A program made the position numbers and the translations under genes. From NCBI GenBank assembly GCA_900234795.1, contig LT962688.1, forward strand, positions 1,440,001 to 1,472,000: a stretch of DNA of 32,000 nt, read 5' to 3'. Below the pieces are notes generated by a model. The model was not told where the DNA came from. It saw only the letters and a program-made list of their open reading frames with translations, and ran no database searches. Source of the stretch: Methylorubrum extorquens. Lineage in GTDB: Bacteria > Pseudomonadota > Alphaproteobacteria > Rhizobiales > Beijerinckiaceae. Positions 1-8,842 of the stretch are shown in pieces; position 1 is the first letter of the stretch, and each line of letters begins with the position of its first letter.

Positions 1-366
1 GCGCCGATCCTGCAGGTTCGTGACGTCGAGGCCGGCGCGACCTGCGGCTACAACGCCCGCTGGCAGGCCCCTGCCCCGCGCCGGCTGGCCACGCTCTCGC
101 TCGGCTACGCCGACGGCTATCCCCGCTCCGCCAGCAACAGCGGCCACGCGCTGGTCGGCGGCGTGCTCTGCCCGATCGTCGGCCTGATTTCCATGGACCT
201 CATCATCCTCGATGTCACCGACGCAACCCAGGCCCGGCGCGGCGGCACCGCCACGCTGATCGGCGACAGCCTCGACATCGACACGGTGGGGCAAGCCGCC
301 GGCACCATCGGCTACGAGATCCTGACGAGCCTGGGTTCCCGTTATGTTCGCAACTATGTAGAGTGA
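1..366 (+). CDS. alr: alanine racemase, C-terminal part (5' end lies upstream of the window)
   Basis: Frame 1 is open from base 1 to the TGA at 364-366. The translation ...LSLGYADGYPRSASNSGHALVGGVLCPIVGLISMDLIILDVTD...GTIGYEILTSLGSRYVRNYVE carries the conserved C-terminal domain motifs of PLP alanine racemases (GYADGY, SMD, GTIxYEhL). Confidence 0.85.
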   Translation, partial: APILQVRDVEAGATCGYNARWQAPAPRRLATLSLGYADGYPRSASNSGHALVGGVLCPIVGLISMDLIILDVTDATQARRGGTATLIGDSLDIDTVGQAAGTIGYEILTSLGSRYVRNYVE

Positions 367-374
367 CCGATCTT

Positions 375-511
375 TCCCACCCATTCCCCTCATCCTGAGG
401 CGGCGGCGCGAAACGGCGCCCTCGAAGGAGGGCTCCAGGGATCGCGTGGCCGGCTGGAGCCCTCTTTCGAGGCGGCTTCGCAGCATCTCAAGATGAGGGG
501 GCTGGGTGGGA
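375..511. repeat. ~137-bp nested imperfect palindrome (REP/MITE-like intergenic element)
   Basis: Outer arms 375-400 (TCCCACCCATTCCCCTCATCCTGAGG) and 486-511 (reverse complement TCCCACCCAGCCCCCTCATCTTGAGA) match 22/26. Inner arms near 418-438 and 454-473 (CTCGAAGGAGGGCTCCAG vs CTGGAGCCCTCTTTCGAG) also pair. The element fills most of the alr-radA spacer. Confidence 0.75.
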
Positions 512-546
512 GGTTCGACAGATCCCTGCCCTGAGCCGTCTCCCCC

Positions 547-1977
547 ATGGCAAAAATCCAACAGACCTTCGTCTGCCAGTCCTGCGGTGCGGTCTACAAC
601 CGCTGGCGCGGGCGCTGCGAGGCCTGCAACGGCTGGAACACGATCCAGGAGGAGGTCGCCTCCGCCGGCCCGCAATCGGGCCCGGCCGCGACCCGACCCT
701 CGCGGGCGCGGGGCCGCGTCTTCCCCCTCGAAGGCCTGACCGGCGAGGCCAAGGAGGCCCCGCGCACGCCCTCGGGCATCAACGAACTCGACCGGGTGAC
801 CGGCGGCGGCTTCGTGCGCGGCTCGGTGATCCTGCTCGGCGGCGATCCCGGAATCGGCAAGTCGACCCTGCTGATGCAGGCCTCCGCCGCCATGGCCAAG
901 AGCGGCGAGCGCGTCGCCTACATCTCCGGCGAGGAGGCGGTGGGGCAGGTGCGCCTGCGCGCCGAGCGCCTCGGGCTGGCCAAACACCCGGTGGAGCTGG
1001 CGGCGCAAACGAATGTCGAGGACATCGTCGAGACGCTGTCGCAGGGCCACCCGCCGGCGCTGACCATCATCGACTCGATCCAGACCATGTGGACCGAGAC
1101 GGTGGAATCGGCGCCGGGCACCGTCACCCAGGTGCGCTCATCGGCCCAGGCCCTGATCCGCTTTGCCAAGACCACGGGCACGGCCGTCATCCTCGTCGGC
1201 CACGTCACCAAGGACGGGCAGATCGCGGGCCCCCGCGTGGTCGAGCACATGGTCGATGCGGTCGCCTCGTTCGAGGGCGACCAGGGCCACCATTTCCGCA
1301 TCCTGCGGGCGGTCAAAAACCGCTTCGGACCGACCGACGAGATTGGCGTGTTCGAGATGACCGATGCCGGCCTGTCCGAAGTCCCGAACCCCTCCGCCCT
1401 GTTCCTGGCCGGGCGCGACCACGCCGCGCCGGGCACCGCGGTCTTTGCCGGGATGGAGGGCACGCGCCCGCTGCTGGTCGAGATCCAGGCGCTCGTCGCC
1501 CCCTCCTCGCTCGGCATGCCGCGCCGCGCCGTGGTCGGCTGGGACCCCAACCGCCTGTCGATGGTGCTCGCCGTGCTGGAGGCCCATGGCGGCATCCGGC
1601 TCGGCGGCCACGACGTCTACCTCAACGTCGCCGGGGGCCTGCGCATCACCGAGCCTGCCGCGGATCTCGCGGTCGCCGCCGCCCTCGTCTCGTCGCTCTC
1701 GGGGGCGGCGCTTCCCTCCGACTCGGTCTATTTCGGCGAACTCGGCCTGTCGGGGGCGGTGCGGCCGGTCTCGCAGGCGCCGGCCCGGCTGAAGGAGGCG
1801 TTGAAGCTCGGCTTCGGCAAGGCGATCACCCCGCAAGGGCGCGGCGAGGCCGGGGACCGGGCCCTGCCGACGGATGCGCTGCGCCACATCGCCGACCTCG
1901 TCGCCGGCATCGCCTCGGGCGCACCGCGAAAGGGCGGGGGCCGCCCGCGAGCGGTGCGGTTCGAGGAGGAGATGTAG
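547..1977 (+). CDS. radA: DNA repair protein RadA/Sms
   Basis: 476-aa ORF with an N-terminal C4 zinc finger (CQSCGAVYNRWRGRCEACNGWNT), Walker A GDPGIGKST, the RadA-specific KNRFG motif and a Lon-protease-like C-terminal domain. Confidence 0.97.
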   Translation: MAKIQQTFVCQSCGAVYNRWRGRCEACNGWNTIQEEVASAGPQSGPAATRPSRARGRVFPLEGLTGEAKEAPRTPSGINELDRVTGGGFVRGSVILLGGDPGIGKSTLLMQASAAMAKSGERVAYISGEEAVGQVRLRAERLGLAKHPVELAAQTNVEDIVETLSQGHPPALTIIDSIQTMWTETVESAPGTVTQVRSSAQALIRFAKTTGTAVILVGHVTKDGQIAGPRVVEHMVDAVASFEGDQGHHFRILRAVKNRFGPTDEIGVFEMTDAGLSEVPNPSALFLAGRDHAAPGTAVFAGMEGTRPLLVEIQALVAPSSLGMPRRAVVGWDPNRLSMVLAVLEAHGGIRLGGHDVYLNVAGGLRITEPAADLAVAAALVSSLSGAALPSDSVYFGELGLSGAVRPVSQAPARLKEALKLGFGKAITPQGRGEAGDRALPTDALRHIADLVAGIASGAPRKGGGRPRAVRFEEEM

Positions 1978-2004
1978 CGCGGCCCTGACCGGTCAGAGGC
2001 CGCC

Positions 2005-2626
2005 CTACTCGGACGCGGGCCGTGCGGCGAGATGCGGCCGCAGGATCGTCAGCATCCGCTCGGCCGAGGTGCCGGGCGGGAAGAACCCGAGATAGGCGCC
2101 CGAGCGATCCATCAGGTAGGTGAAGGCGGAATGCTCGATGGCCCGCCCGCCGTCGGAGCGCAGGCTCGTCTCGTGAAAGACCTTGTAGGCGTCGGCGGCC
2201 TGGCGGACCGCCGCCTCGCTGCCGGTCAAGCCGACCAGGCGCGGATGGAAGTTCGGCAGGTACTCCGTCAGCAGCGCGGCGGTGTCGTGCTCAGGGTCGA
2301 GCGTGATGAAGATCGGCTGGACGGCATCGCCGGCCTCGCCGAGCAGCGTGAGGGGCCCGCCCGATCTCCATCAGGTCCGTGGGGCAGACATCCGGGCAGG
2401 CGGTGTAGCCGAAATAGATAAGGAGGAGACGGTCGCGAAAATCGGCCTCCGTCCGGGGCCGCCCCGCCTGATCGATCAGCGCGATCGGGCCGCCGACCGG
2501 CTCGCGGTTCCACATCAGCACGTCCATCAGCTCGGCGGCCGAGCGGCGGGGCGGCGTCTCGCCGCGCGCAGGGTCCAAGGCCGCGAGCAGGCAGAGCAGA
2601 CCGGCCGCGAATGTCCGGCTACGCAC
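2005..2626 (-). pseudogene. SCO1/SenC-family copper chaperone, interrupted by one frameshift (possibly a sequencing error)
   Basis: ORFs 2291-2626 and 2005-2229 (minus) are the two halves of one thioredoxin-fold SCO protein. The first has a signal peptide and the CxxxC motif YFGYTACPDVCPTDL; the second ends ...HSAFTYLMDRSGAYLGFFPPG. Removing one base at the G4 run 2352-2355 restores ...DLMEIGRALTLLGEAGDAVQPIFITLDPEHD.... The GTG start at 2626 overlaps the stop (2619-2621) of the upstream MBL gene. Confidence 0.8.
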
Positions 2627-3738
2627 TGAAGACGAGCCGGCTGCCGGTGGTCGGGACGATGACGTTCTCCGGCATCTGCGCCTGCGCCTCGAGGGCGAAG
2701 TTCAGGCCGCTGCAATGCATCGGCACGACGACGTCGGGCTGAAGTTTTTTGATCTCGGCCACGACCTGGGTCAGGTACTCCTTCGGCGCCGGTCCGAGAT
2801 GGAAGCCGCCGACGATGGCGTGGACGCGTTCGATGCCGGAGACCTCCTGCGCCTGGCGCACGGAGTTGACGATGCCGACATGGCCGCAGGACGAGATCAC
2901 CACGAGGCCCTTGCCCTTCACGTTGAAGCAGGTGGCGTGCTCGTGGACGTGCTCGTCGGGGATGATCTTTCCCCTGGAGTTCGGCGGGCGAATAGTGGGT
3001 GGCATCGCAGCCCAGCCCGTCGGTGATGCCGCGCTCGACGAAGGTGTTGGGCAGGATGCGCTCGATGGAGGCGCGCTTGATCTGCCCCGTGGTGAAGGCG
3101 TGGCCGGCGACCACGGTGGGCGTCTCGCAGAGCACGGTCGAGATTTTCTGCGCCGTCAGTTCGCGCCGGTCGAGCTGGCCGAAATCGGTGAACTGGCCGG
3201 GGACGCCGCTCGGGCTGTGGCGGTGGCAGAAATTGTCCTCGCCGCCGGCATAGAGCTTCAGGTCGGGCGCGAGCGCGCTCCTGTACTTGTCGAGGAACCC
3301 GGTCAGGCCGCCGTAATGGTCGTGGTGGCCGTGGCTGACGATCAGCGCATCGATCTTGGTGGGATCGACCTTCAGGATCTCGATATTGTTGAGCAGGGCC
3401 TCGGGGCTGTAGCCGAAATCGAGCAGGATCGTGCGCGCCTCCTCCGCCCGCCAGGATTCGGCGAAGAGCGACAGGCCCCACTGATTGTGCAGCACCTTGC
3501 GGTAATCGGCGCCGCGCCCGTTGCCCGGCGGCTGATGCAGCACGCCCTGCACGGTCGCGGGCTTCAGGAACTGGTCGTGGGCCGAGTCGATCAGGACGCG
3601 CAGGGACAACCGGTCGACCGTCGGCACCGCGATCGGCGCGGCATTCGCGATCTCGATACAGGAGAACCCGGCGGCGGCACCGGCCGCGAAGAGTGCGGAG
3701 CCCCGCAGGAAGCCGCGCCTATCGATCGTACCGGCCAT
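2619..3738 (-). pseudogene. Tat-exported MBL-fold metallo-hydrolase, interrupted by one frameshift (possibly a sequencing error)
   Basis: Twin-arginine signal (IDRRGFLRGSALFAAGAAA) and metallo-beta-lactamase HxHxDH motif (SHGHHDHYGG). ORF 2527-3738 leaves the conserved frame at TTTCCCC (2968-2974). The conserved C-terminus (IIPDEHVHEHATCFNVKGKGLVVISSCGHVGIVN...PMHCSG) continues in ORF 2619-3005. A one-base correction gives about 372 aa. Confidence 0.8.
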
Positions 3739-3792
3739 AAACTCACCCCGTCCGGATCTTGAATACTTCGGTTATAGCCAAGATTGCTTGGA

Positions 3793-3829
3793 AGATGTTT
3801 TCCTCTTTCGAAGCGATCACAAAACATCT
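3793..3829. promoter_or_regulatory. 9-bp perfect inverted repeat, candidate operator in the MBL/cvpA divergent spacer
   Basis: AGATGTTTT (3793-3801) and AAAACATCT (3821-3829) are separated by 19 nt. They lie in the AT-richest part of the spacer, 55-90 nt upstream of the MBL start codon. This is sequence symmetry only. Confidence 0.25.
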
Positions 3830-4005
3830 TTCGCGCGCCATCGTCGCGGCGAGGGATTTCGCTCTCACCAAGCCACCTTCCTCGGCGGATCGAATCTGCG
3901 GCCGGGACGGCCGATACCGGGAAGAAACCCCGCGCCCTGCCGGCACGGGAATGCGGAAGGCCGCGCGTGCGGCTCGGCGACGCTCGCACGGAGCGCCGGC
4001 CCGAA

Positions 4006-4034
4006 GGTGACGGCCGAGGTTCGCCGGGGTATAT
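4006..4034 (+). promoter_or_regulatory. candidate sigma70-type promoter for cvpA
   Basis: GGTGAC (4006-4011) - 17 nt - GTATAT (4029-4034). This resembles the alphaproteobacterial CTTGAC-N17-CTATAT consensus and lies about 90 nt upstream of the cvpA ATG. Motif match only. Confidence 0.25.
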
Positions 4035-4125
4035 GGTTAAGGACCACAGCGGATGCGCGGCCCGGGGGAGCCGTCGTCGTCCGGGCAAGGCTGCCTCGTT
4101 CCGCCCCAGCGAACCATATCCTGCG

Positions 4126-4719
4126 ATGCCGTTTTCCGTCCTCGACCTCGTGGTGCTCGGCATCGTGCTCGTCTCGGCGCTGCTCGCCGCCGTGCGCGGC
4201 GTGACCCGCGAGGTGCTCGCGATCATTGCCTGGGTGGCCGCCGCCGCGGTGGCGTGGTCGCTCCACCCGCTGCTCCTGCCCACCGTCAAGCAGCACATCT
4301 CCAGCGATACGGTGGCGCTGGTCGCCTCCATCGCCTCGATCTTCCTCGCCACCCTGATCGTGGTCTCGCTGGTGACGGTGAAGATCTCCGACCTCGTGCT
4401 CGATTCGCGCATCGGCGCCGTCGATCGCTCGCTCGGCTTCCTGTTCGGGGCGGGCCGCGGCTTCCTGATCTGCGTGATCGGCTGGGTGTTCCTGGCCTGG
4501 CTCGTCCAAGGCAAGGTTCCGGATTGGGCGGCGCAGGCCAAGAGCCGGTCGCTGCTCGAAAGCTCGGGCGAGGCGCTGGTGGCACAGTTACCCGACAATC
4601 CCGAGGGCTTCCTCAAGCAGTTCCGTAAGCCGAAGGGCGACGGGCCGGAGGAGCCGCCGCCGGAGACCGATCTCCCCGCCCAGCGCCGCAGCGAGGCCGG
4701 GCCCGAGCCGAAGCGCTGA
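4126..4719 (+). CDS. cvpA: CvpA-family (colicin V production) membrane protein
   Basis: ATG at 4126 inside ORF 3784-4719, giving 197 aa. Several hydrophobic helices (VLDLVVLGIVLVSALLAAV, LAIIAWVAAAAVAW, VALVASIASIFLATLIVVSLV, FLFGAGRGFLICVIGWVFLAWL) are followed by a hydrophilic tail. Classic cvpA-purF synteny. Confidence 0.85.
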   Translation: MPFSVLDLVVLGIVLVSALLAAVRGVTREVLAIIAWVAAAAVAWSLHPLLLPTVKQHISSDTVALVASIASIFLATLIVVSLVTVKISDLVLDSRIGAVDRSLGFLFGAGRGFLICVIGWVFLAWLVQGKVPDWAAQAKSRSLLESSGEALVAQLPDNPEGFLKQFRKPKGDGPEEPPPETDLPAQRRSEAGPEPKR

Positions 4720-4920
4720 GGAGAACCGCGCCTCAAATCCGAAATCTGCGTTGCACCTGCAATCCGGGCCGTTTCCGAAGCCGCTTGAGCGGCTTCGCGG
4801 CGCGAAGAGCGCCGCGCGCAGCAGGCTTTTCGGGGTGTAACCCCGGAAAGCGTCGAGCGGAGCGAAAGCCCAAGGAACCGATACAGTCCGCGGAGGCGGG
4901 CGCCGGCGACTGAGGCCAGC

Positions 4921-4958
4921 AAAAAAACCAAGGCAATCGCTTGCAGGCGATTGCCTTG
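4921..4958 (-). terminator. Rho-independent terminator, functional on the minus strand
   Basis: Perfect 12-bp stem (4929-4940 CAAGGCAATCGC / 4947-4958 GCGATTGCCTTG) with a 6-nt loop. On the minus strand it is followed after one G by seven U (A7 run 4921-4927). There is no T-run on the plus-strand side. Confidence 0.7.
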
Positions 4959-5060
4959 CGCCAGCAATGCAGCCGCATTGCGCGCGATATGTTGGAATCG
5001 GTCTTGGTTGCGACGCGATCCGCGCCTAGGTAACGGTTTCACGACGGTCCTGGCGTAACC
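4921..5060 (-). ncRNA. candidate small RNA in the cvpA-purF spacer (5' end unknown)
   Basis: The orphan minus-strand terminator has no minus-strand CDS upstream, because purF is on the plus strand. A second perfect hairpin (4964-4970 GCAATGC / 4975-4981 GCATTGC, loop AGCC) lies immediately 5' of the terminator on the minus strand. No convincing promoter was found, so the extent is a guess. Confidence 0.3.
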
Positions 5061-5162
5061 CCTCGCGGCCGAGGTCGCGGGCGGCACGCGTCTCCGGCCG
5101 TTTCCCGCCGTGCCGGATGCGAGGCCCGCGAGATCCGCGCGCCTCCAGGATTCGAGATCGAC

Positions 5163-6638
5163 ATGTCTGTTGTCAGCGCGAGCGCCGATGTCCGCAACCT
5201 GGACATCGACGGGGATACGCTTCGCGAGGAATGCGGCGTCTTCGGCATCTACGGGCACGACGACGCCTCGGCCATCACGGCGCTCGGCCTGCACGCCTTG
5301 CAGCATCGTGGCCAGGAGGCAGCCGGCATCGTCTCCTACGACGACGGCGTGTTCCACTCGGAGCGCCGCCAGGGCCTCGTCGGGGATTCCTTCTCCGACC
5401 GCGCCACGATCGAGCGGCTGGCCGGCCGCTCGGCCATCGGCCACGTGCGCTACTCGACCACCGGCGGCACGATTCTTCGCAACGTCCAGCCGCTCTTCGC
5501 CGAACTCGCGGGCGGCGGGCTGGCGGTGGCGCATAACGGCAACCTCACCAACGCGCTGTCGATCCGCCGCGACCTCGTGCGCGACGGCGCCATCACGCAA
5601 TCGACCTCGGACACCGAGGTGATCCTCCATCTGGCCGCCCGCTCGCGCAAACCGCGCATCGTCGAGCGCTTCATCGACGCGCTGCAGCAGATCCAGGGCG
5701 CCTACGCCATCGTCGCGCTGACCAACAAGAAGCTCATCGGCGCCCGCGACCCGCTCGGTATCCGCCCGCTGGTGCTCGGCGAACTCGACGGCCGCTACAT
5801 CCTCGCCTCCGAATCCTGCGCGCTCGACATCATCGGCGCCCGCTTCATCCGCGACGTCGAGAACGGCGAGGTGGTGGTGATCTCGGAAGAGGGCGTCGAG
5901 TCGATCCGCTTTGCCGAGAAGCAGCCGATGCGCCCCTGCATCTTCGAGTACATCTACTTCGCCCGCCCCGACTCGGTGGTGAACGGCAAGAGCGTCTACG
6001 GCGTGCGCAAGGCCATCGGCCAGGAACTCGCCCGCGAGGCGGCGCCGGAGGCCGACGTGGTGATCCCGGTGCCGGATTCCGGCGTACCGGCGGCCCTCGG
6101 CTTCGCACAGGAGGCCGGCCTGCCCTTCGAGATGGGCATCATCCGCAACCACTATGTCGGGCGCACCTTCATCCAGCCGACCCAGACCGTGCGCGAACTC
6201 GGCGTGCGGATGAAGCACTCGGCCAACCGCGCCGCGGTCGAGGGCAAGCGCATCGTGCTCGTCGACGACAGCCTCGTGCGCGGCACCACTTCGGTGAAGA
6301 TCGTGCGGATGATGCGCGATGCCGGCGCCCGCGAGGTGCATTTCCGCATCGCCTCGCCGCCGATCACGTATCCTGACTTCTACGGCATCGACACGCCCGA
6401 GCGCGAGAAGCTCTTGGCCGCCACCCACGACCTCGAGGGGATGCGCCAATATATCGGCGCCGATTCGCTGGCCTTCCTGTCGATCCCCGGCCTCTACCGG
6501 GCGATGGGCGAAGAGGCGCGCAACGCCGACTGCCCGCAATACACCGACCATTGCTTCACCGGCGACTACCCGACCGGCCTGACCGATCTGGCGATCGCCG
6601 GGCCCAAGCGCTTCGCCATGCTGGCCGAGGCGGACTGA
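5163..6638 (+). CDS. purF: amidophosphoribosyltransferase
   Basis: 491 aa. Ntn-amidotransferase nucleophile Cys in EECGVFGIYGH after a short propeptide, PRTase motif RIVLVDDSLVRGTTS and C-terminal Fe-S cysteines (CPQYTDHCFTGDYP). Confidence 0.97.
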   Translation: MSVVSASADVRNLDIDGDTLREECGVFGIYGHDDASAITALGLHALQHRGQEAAGIVSYDDGVFHSERRQGLVGDSFSDRATIERLAGRSAIGHVRYSTTGGTILRNVQPLFAELAGGGLAVAHNGNLTNALSIRRDLVRDGAITQSTSDTEVILHLAARSRKPRIVERFIDALQQIQGAYAIVALTNKKLIGARDPLGIRPLVLGELDGRYILASESCALDIIGARFIRDVENGEVVVISEEGVESIRFAEKQPMRPCIFEYIYFARPDSVVNGKSVYGVRKAIGQELAREAAPEADVVIPVPDSGVPAALGFAQEAGLPFEMGIIRNHYVGRTFIQPTQTVRELGVRMKHSANRAAVEGKRIVLVDDSLVRGTTSVKIVRMMRDAGAREVHFRIASPPITYPDFYGIDTPEREKLLAATHDLEGMRQYIGADSLAFLSIPGLYRAMGEEARNADCPQYTDHCFTGDYPTGLTDLAIAGPKRFAMLAEAD

Positions 6639-6643
6639 AGTCG

Positions 6644-7387
6644 ATGGCCGACAAGATCCTCGACGGTCGGGTGGCCGTCGTCACCGGCGCCTCGCGCGGC
6701 ATCGGCCGCGCCGCCGCGCTGGCTCTGGCGGGAGCCGGCGCCCACGTCGTCGCGGTCGCCCGCACGCAGGGCGGCCTGGAGGAACTCGACGACGCGATCC
6801 GCTCCGCCGGCGGCCACGCGACGCTGGTACCCCTCGATCTGACCGATTACGACGCCATCGACCGCCTGGGTGCGGCGCTCAACGAGCGCTGGGGCCGGCT
6901 CGACATCGTGGTCGGCAATGCCGGCATCCTCGGCAACCTGATGCCGGTCAGCCACGTCACGCCGAAGGTGTGGGATCAGGTGATGGCGATCAACGTCACC
7001 GCCAACTGGCGTCTGATCCGCTCGTTCGACCCGCTGCTCCAGCGCTCGGATGCGGGACGCGCGATCTTCGTCTCCTCGGGCGCGGCCGCGAAATGCCGGG
7101 CCTATTGGGGGCCCTACTCCGTCTCGAAGGCGGCGTTGGAGGCGATGGTGCGCACTTACGCCGCCGAGAACGAGAGCACGCGGGTGCGCGCGATGCTGCT
7201 CAACCCCGGCCCGTTGCGCACGAGCATGCGCTCGGCGGCGATGCCGGGCGAGGATCCGGCGACGCTCAAGACCCCGGAGGAGCTGGCGCCGCATTTCGTG
7301 CGCCTCGCCTCCCCCGCATGGAACGAGACGGGCAAACTCTACGATTTCCCCACCGACCGGGTTCTCGCCTTCTCCGCCCCCCAGTAA
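6644..7387 (+). CDS. short-chain dehydrogenase/reductase (SDR) family oxidoreductase
   Basis: ATG at 6644, 5 nt after the purF stop; 247 aa. Rossmann motif TGASRGIG, VGNAG, and catalytic YxxxK (YSVSK). Confidence 0.9.
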   Translation: MADKILDGRVAVVTGASRGIGRAAALALAGAGAHVVAVARTQGGLEELDDAIRSAGGHATLVPLDLTDYDAIDRLGAALNERWGRLDIVVGNAGILGNLMPVSHVTPKVWDQVMAINVTANWRLIRSFDPLLQRSDAGRAIFVSSGAAAKCRAYWGPYSVSKAALEAMVRTYAAENESTRVRAMLLNPGPLRTSMRSAAMPGEDPATLKTPEELAPHFVRLASPAWNETGKLYDFPTDRVLAFSAPQ

Positions 7388-7459
7388 CGGGGTCCGGGGC
7401 CAAGGCCCCGGCGGGTTTACGGGCAGAGCCCGCTTTCTTTGTTTTCCAGGTTTCGCGCC

Positions 7460-7867
7460 ATGATCGACGTCCGCTGCATCTGCGCCATCGGCCAGCGGGG
7501 CCAACTCGGCCTCAACGGGCACCTTCCCTGGGAGGGCAACACCGATCCGCTCTTCGTCGAGGACGTGACGCGCTTCTTTGCGCTCACCATGGGCCACGTG
7601 CTGATCGCCGGCCCCAAGACCGTGGCCTCCGTGCCCGAATTCGCGTTCAAGGACCGCACCATCGACGTGATCCGCTCGCACGAGGATCCGGAGGCGGTGC
7701 TGAAGCGCTATCCCGGCCGCCGCATCTTCGTCGGCGGCGGCATCGCGGTCTGGAACGTCTACGCGAAATACATCCAGCACTGGGACGTCACCCGCCTCCC
7801 CTACGACGGCGAGGCCGACCGCTGGTTCGACCCGGCCTGGCTCGTCGGCGGGCCGCTGCGGAGCTGA
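7460..7867 (+). CDS. short divergent dihydrofolate reductase-family protein
   Basis: ATG at 7460 (the track start 7439 is TTG); 135 aa. DHFR-like signatures: [14 protein letters not shown] and [12 protein letters not shown]. Confidence 0.7.
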   Translation: MIDVRCICAIGQRGQLGLNGHLPWEGNTDPLFVEDVTRFFALTMGHVLIAGPKTVASVPEFAFKDRTIDVIRSHEDPEAVLKRYPGRRIFVGGGIAVWNVYAKYIQHWDVTRLPYDGEADRWFDPAWLVGGPLRS

Positions 7868-7997
7868 TTCCTATTTTGCACCCACGCGGCAGGCACCGCC
7901 TGCATCCCCGCTGCCGCATGGCGGTTCAAGCCGGCATTCGCTAAGGAGGCTCGGCCGACGCCGTGAGCGGCGACGGGCGAGCGCAGGGTATGATCGG

Positions 7998-8777
7998 ATG
8001 AGCGGAACGGACATCGGAGCCGGCGACAGCGAAGCCACCGCCGATTTCGGCTACGAGCGCGTGCGGCTTTCCGAGAAGCAGGCCAAGGTGGACGACGTGT
8101 TCCGCTCGGTCGCGCGCCGCTACGACCTGATGAACGACCTGATGTCGGGCGGGCTGCACCGGGTCTGGAAGTCGCACCTGATCTCGATGCTGCGCCCGTC
8201 GCGCACTCGGCCCTACCAGCATCTCGATGTCGCGGGCGGCACCGGCGACATCGCCTTCCGCACCCTCGAAGCGGGCGGCCCCGAGACCCACGTCACCGTG
8301 CTCGACATCAACGAGGCGATGCTGCGGGTCGGCGCCGAGCGGGCGGGCCACACCTACGACGGCCGCATCGATTTCGTCACCGGCAATGCCGAGACGCTGC
8401 CCCTGCCCTCGAACCATTTCGACAGCTACACCATCGCCTTCGGCATCCGGAACGTGCCGCGCATCGACGTGGCCCTGCGCGAGGCGCACCGGGTGCTCAA
8501 GCCCGGCGGGCGCTTCCTGTGCCTGGAATTCTCGCGGGTCGACCTGCCGGTGCTGGAGAAGATCTACGACGCCTACTCCTTCCACGTGATCCCGCGCATC
8601 GGCGAGCGGGTGGCGGGCGACCGGGAATCCTACCAGTACCTCGTCGAGTCGATCCGCAAGTTCCCCTTCCCGGACAGCTTCGCCCGGATGATCGAGACGG
8701 CGGGTTTCAGCCATGTCAGCCATCGCCGGCTCTCGGGCGGCATCGTCGCGATCCATTCCGGCTGGAAGATTTCTTGA
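7998..8777 (+). CDS. ubiE: ubiquinone/menaquinone biosynthesis C-methyltransferase UbiE
   Basis: 259 aa. Has the UbiE-specific block [17 protein letters not shown] and the SAM-binding motif [11 protein letters not shown]. Confidence 0.95.
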   Translation: MSGTDIGAGDSEATADFGYERVRLSEKQAKVDDVFRSVARRYDLMNDLMSGGLHRVWKSHLISMLRPSRTRPYQHLDVAGGTGDIAFRTLEAGGPETHVTVLDINEAMLRVGAERAGHTYDGRIDFVTGNAETLPLPSNHFDSYTIAFGIRNVPRIDVALREAHRVLKPGGRFLCLEFSRVDLPVLEKIYDAYSFHVIPRIGERVAGDRESYQYLVESIRKFPFPDSFARMIETAGFSHVSHRRLSGGIVAIHSGWKIS

Positions 8778-8842
8778 GTCCTTTTCGATTTCGATCGCTG
8801 ACGGGCACCTCGGCAGGGCCGGGCCCCGCGGCGCAGGGCACG

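Noticed and set aside
3591-6551. 986-aa minus-strand ORF spanning the MBL/cvpA spacer, cvpA and purF
   Set aside because: It is antisense to well-supported genes and has no recognisable domains. Its composition (Arg/Ala/Gly/Pro rich) is typical of stop-codon-poor shadow frames in 70 % GC DNA.
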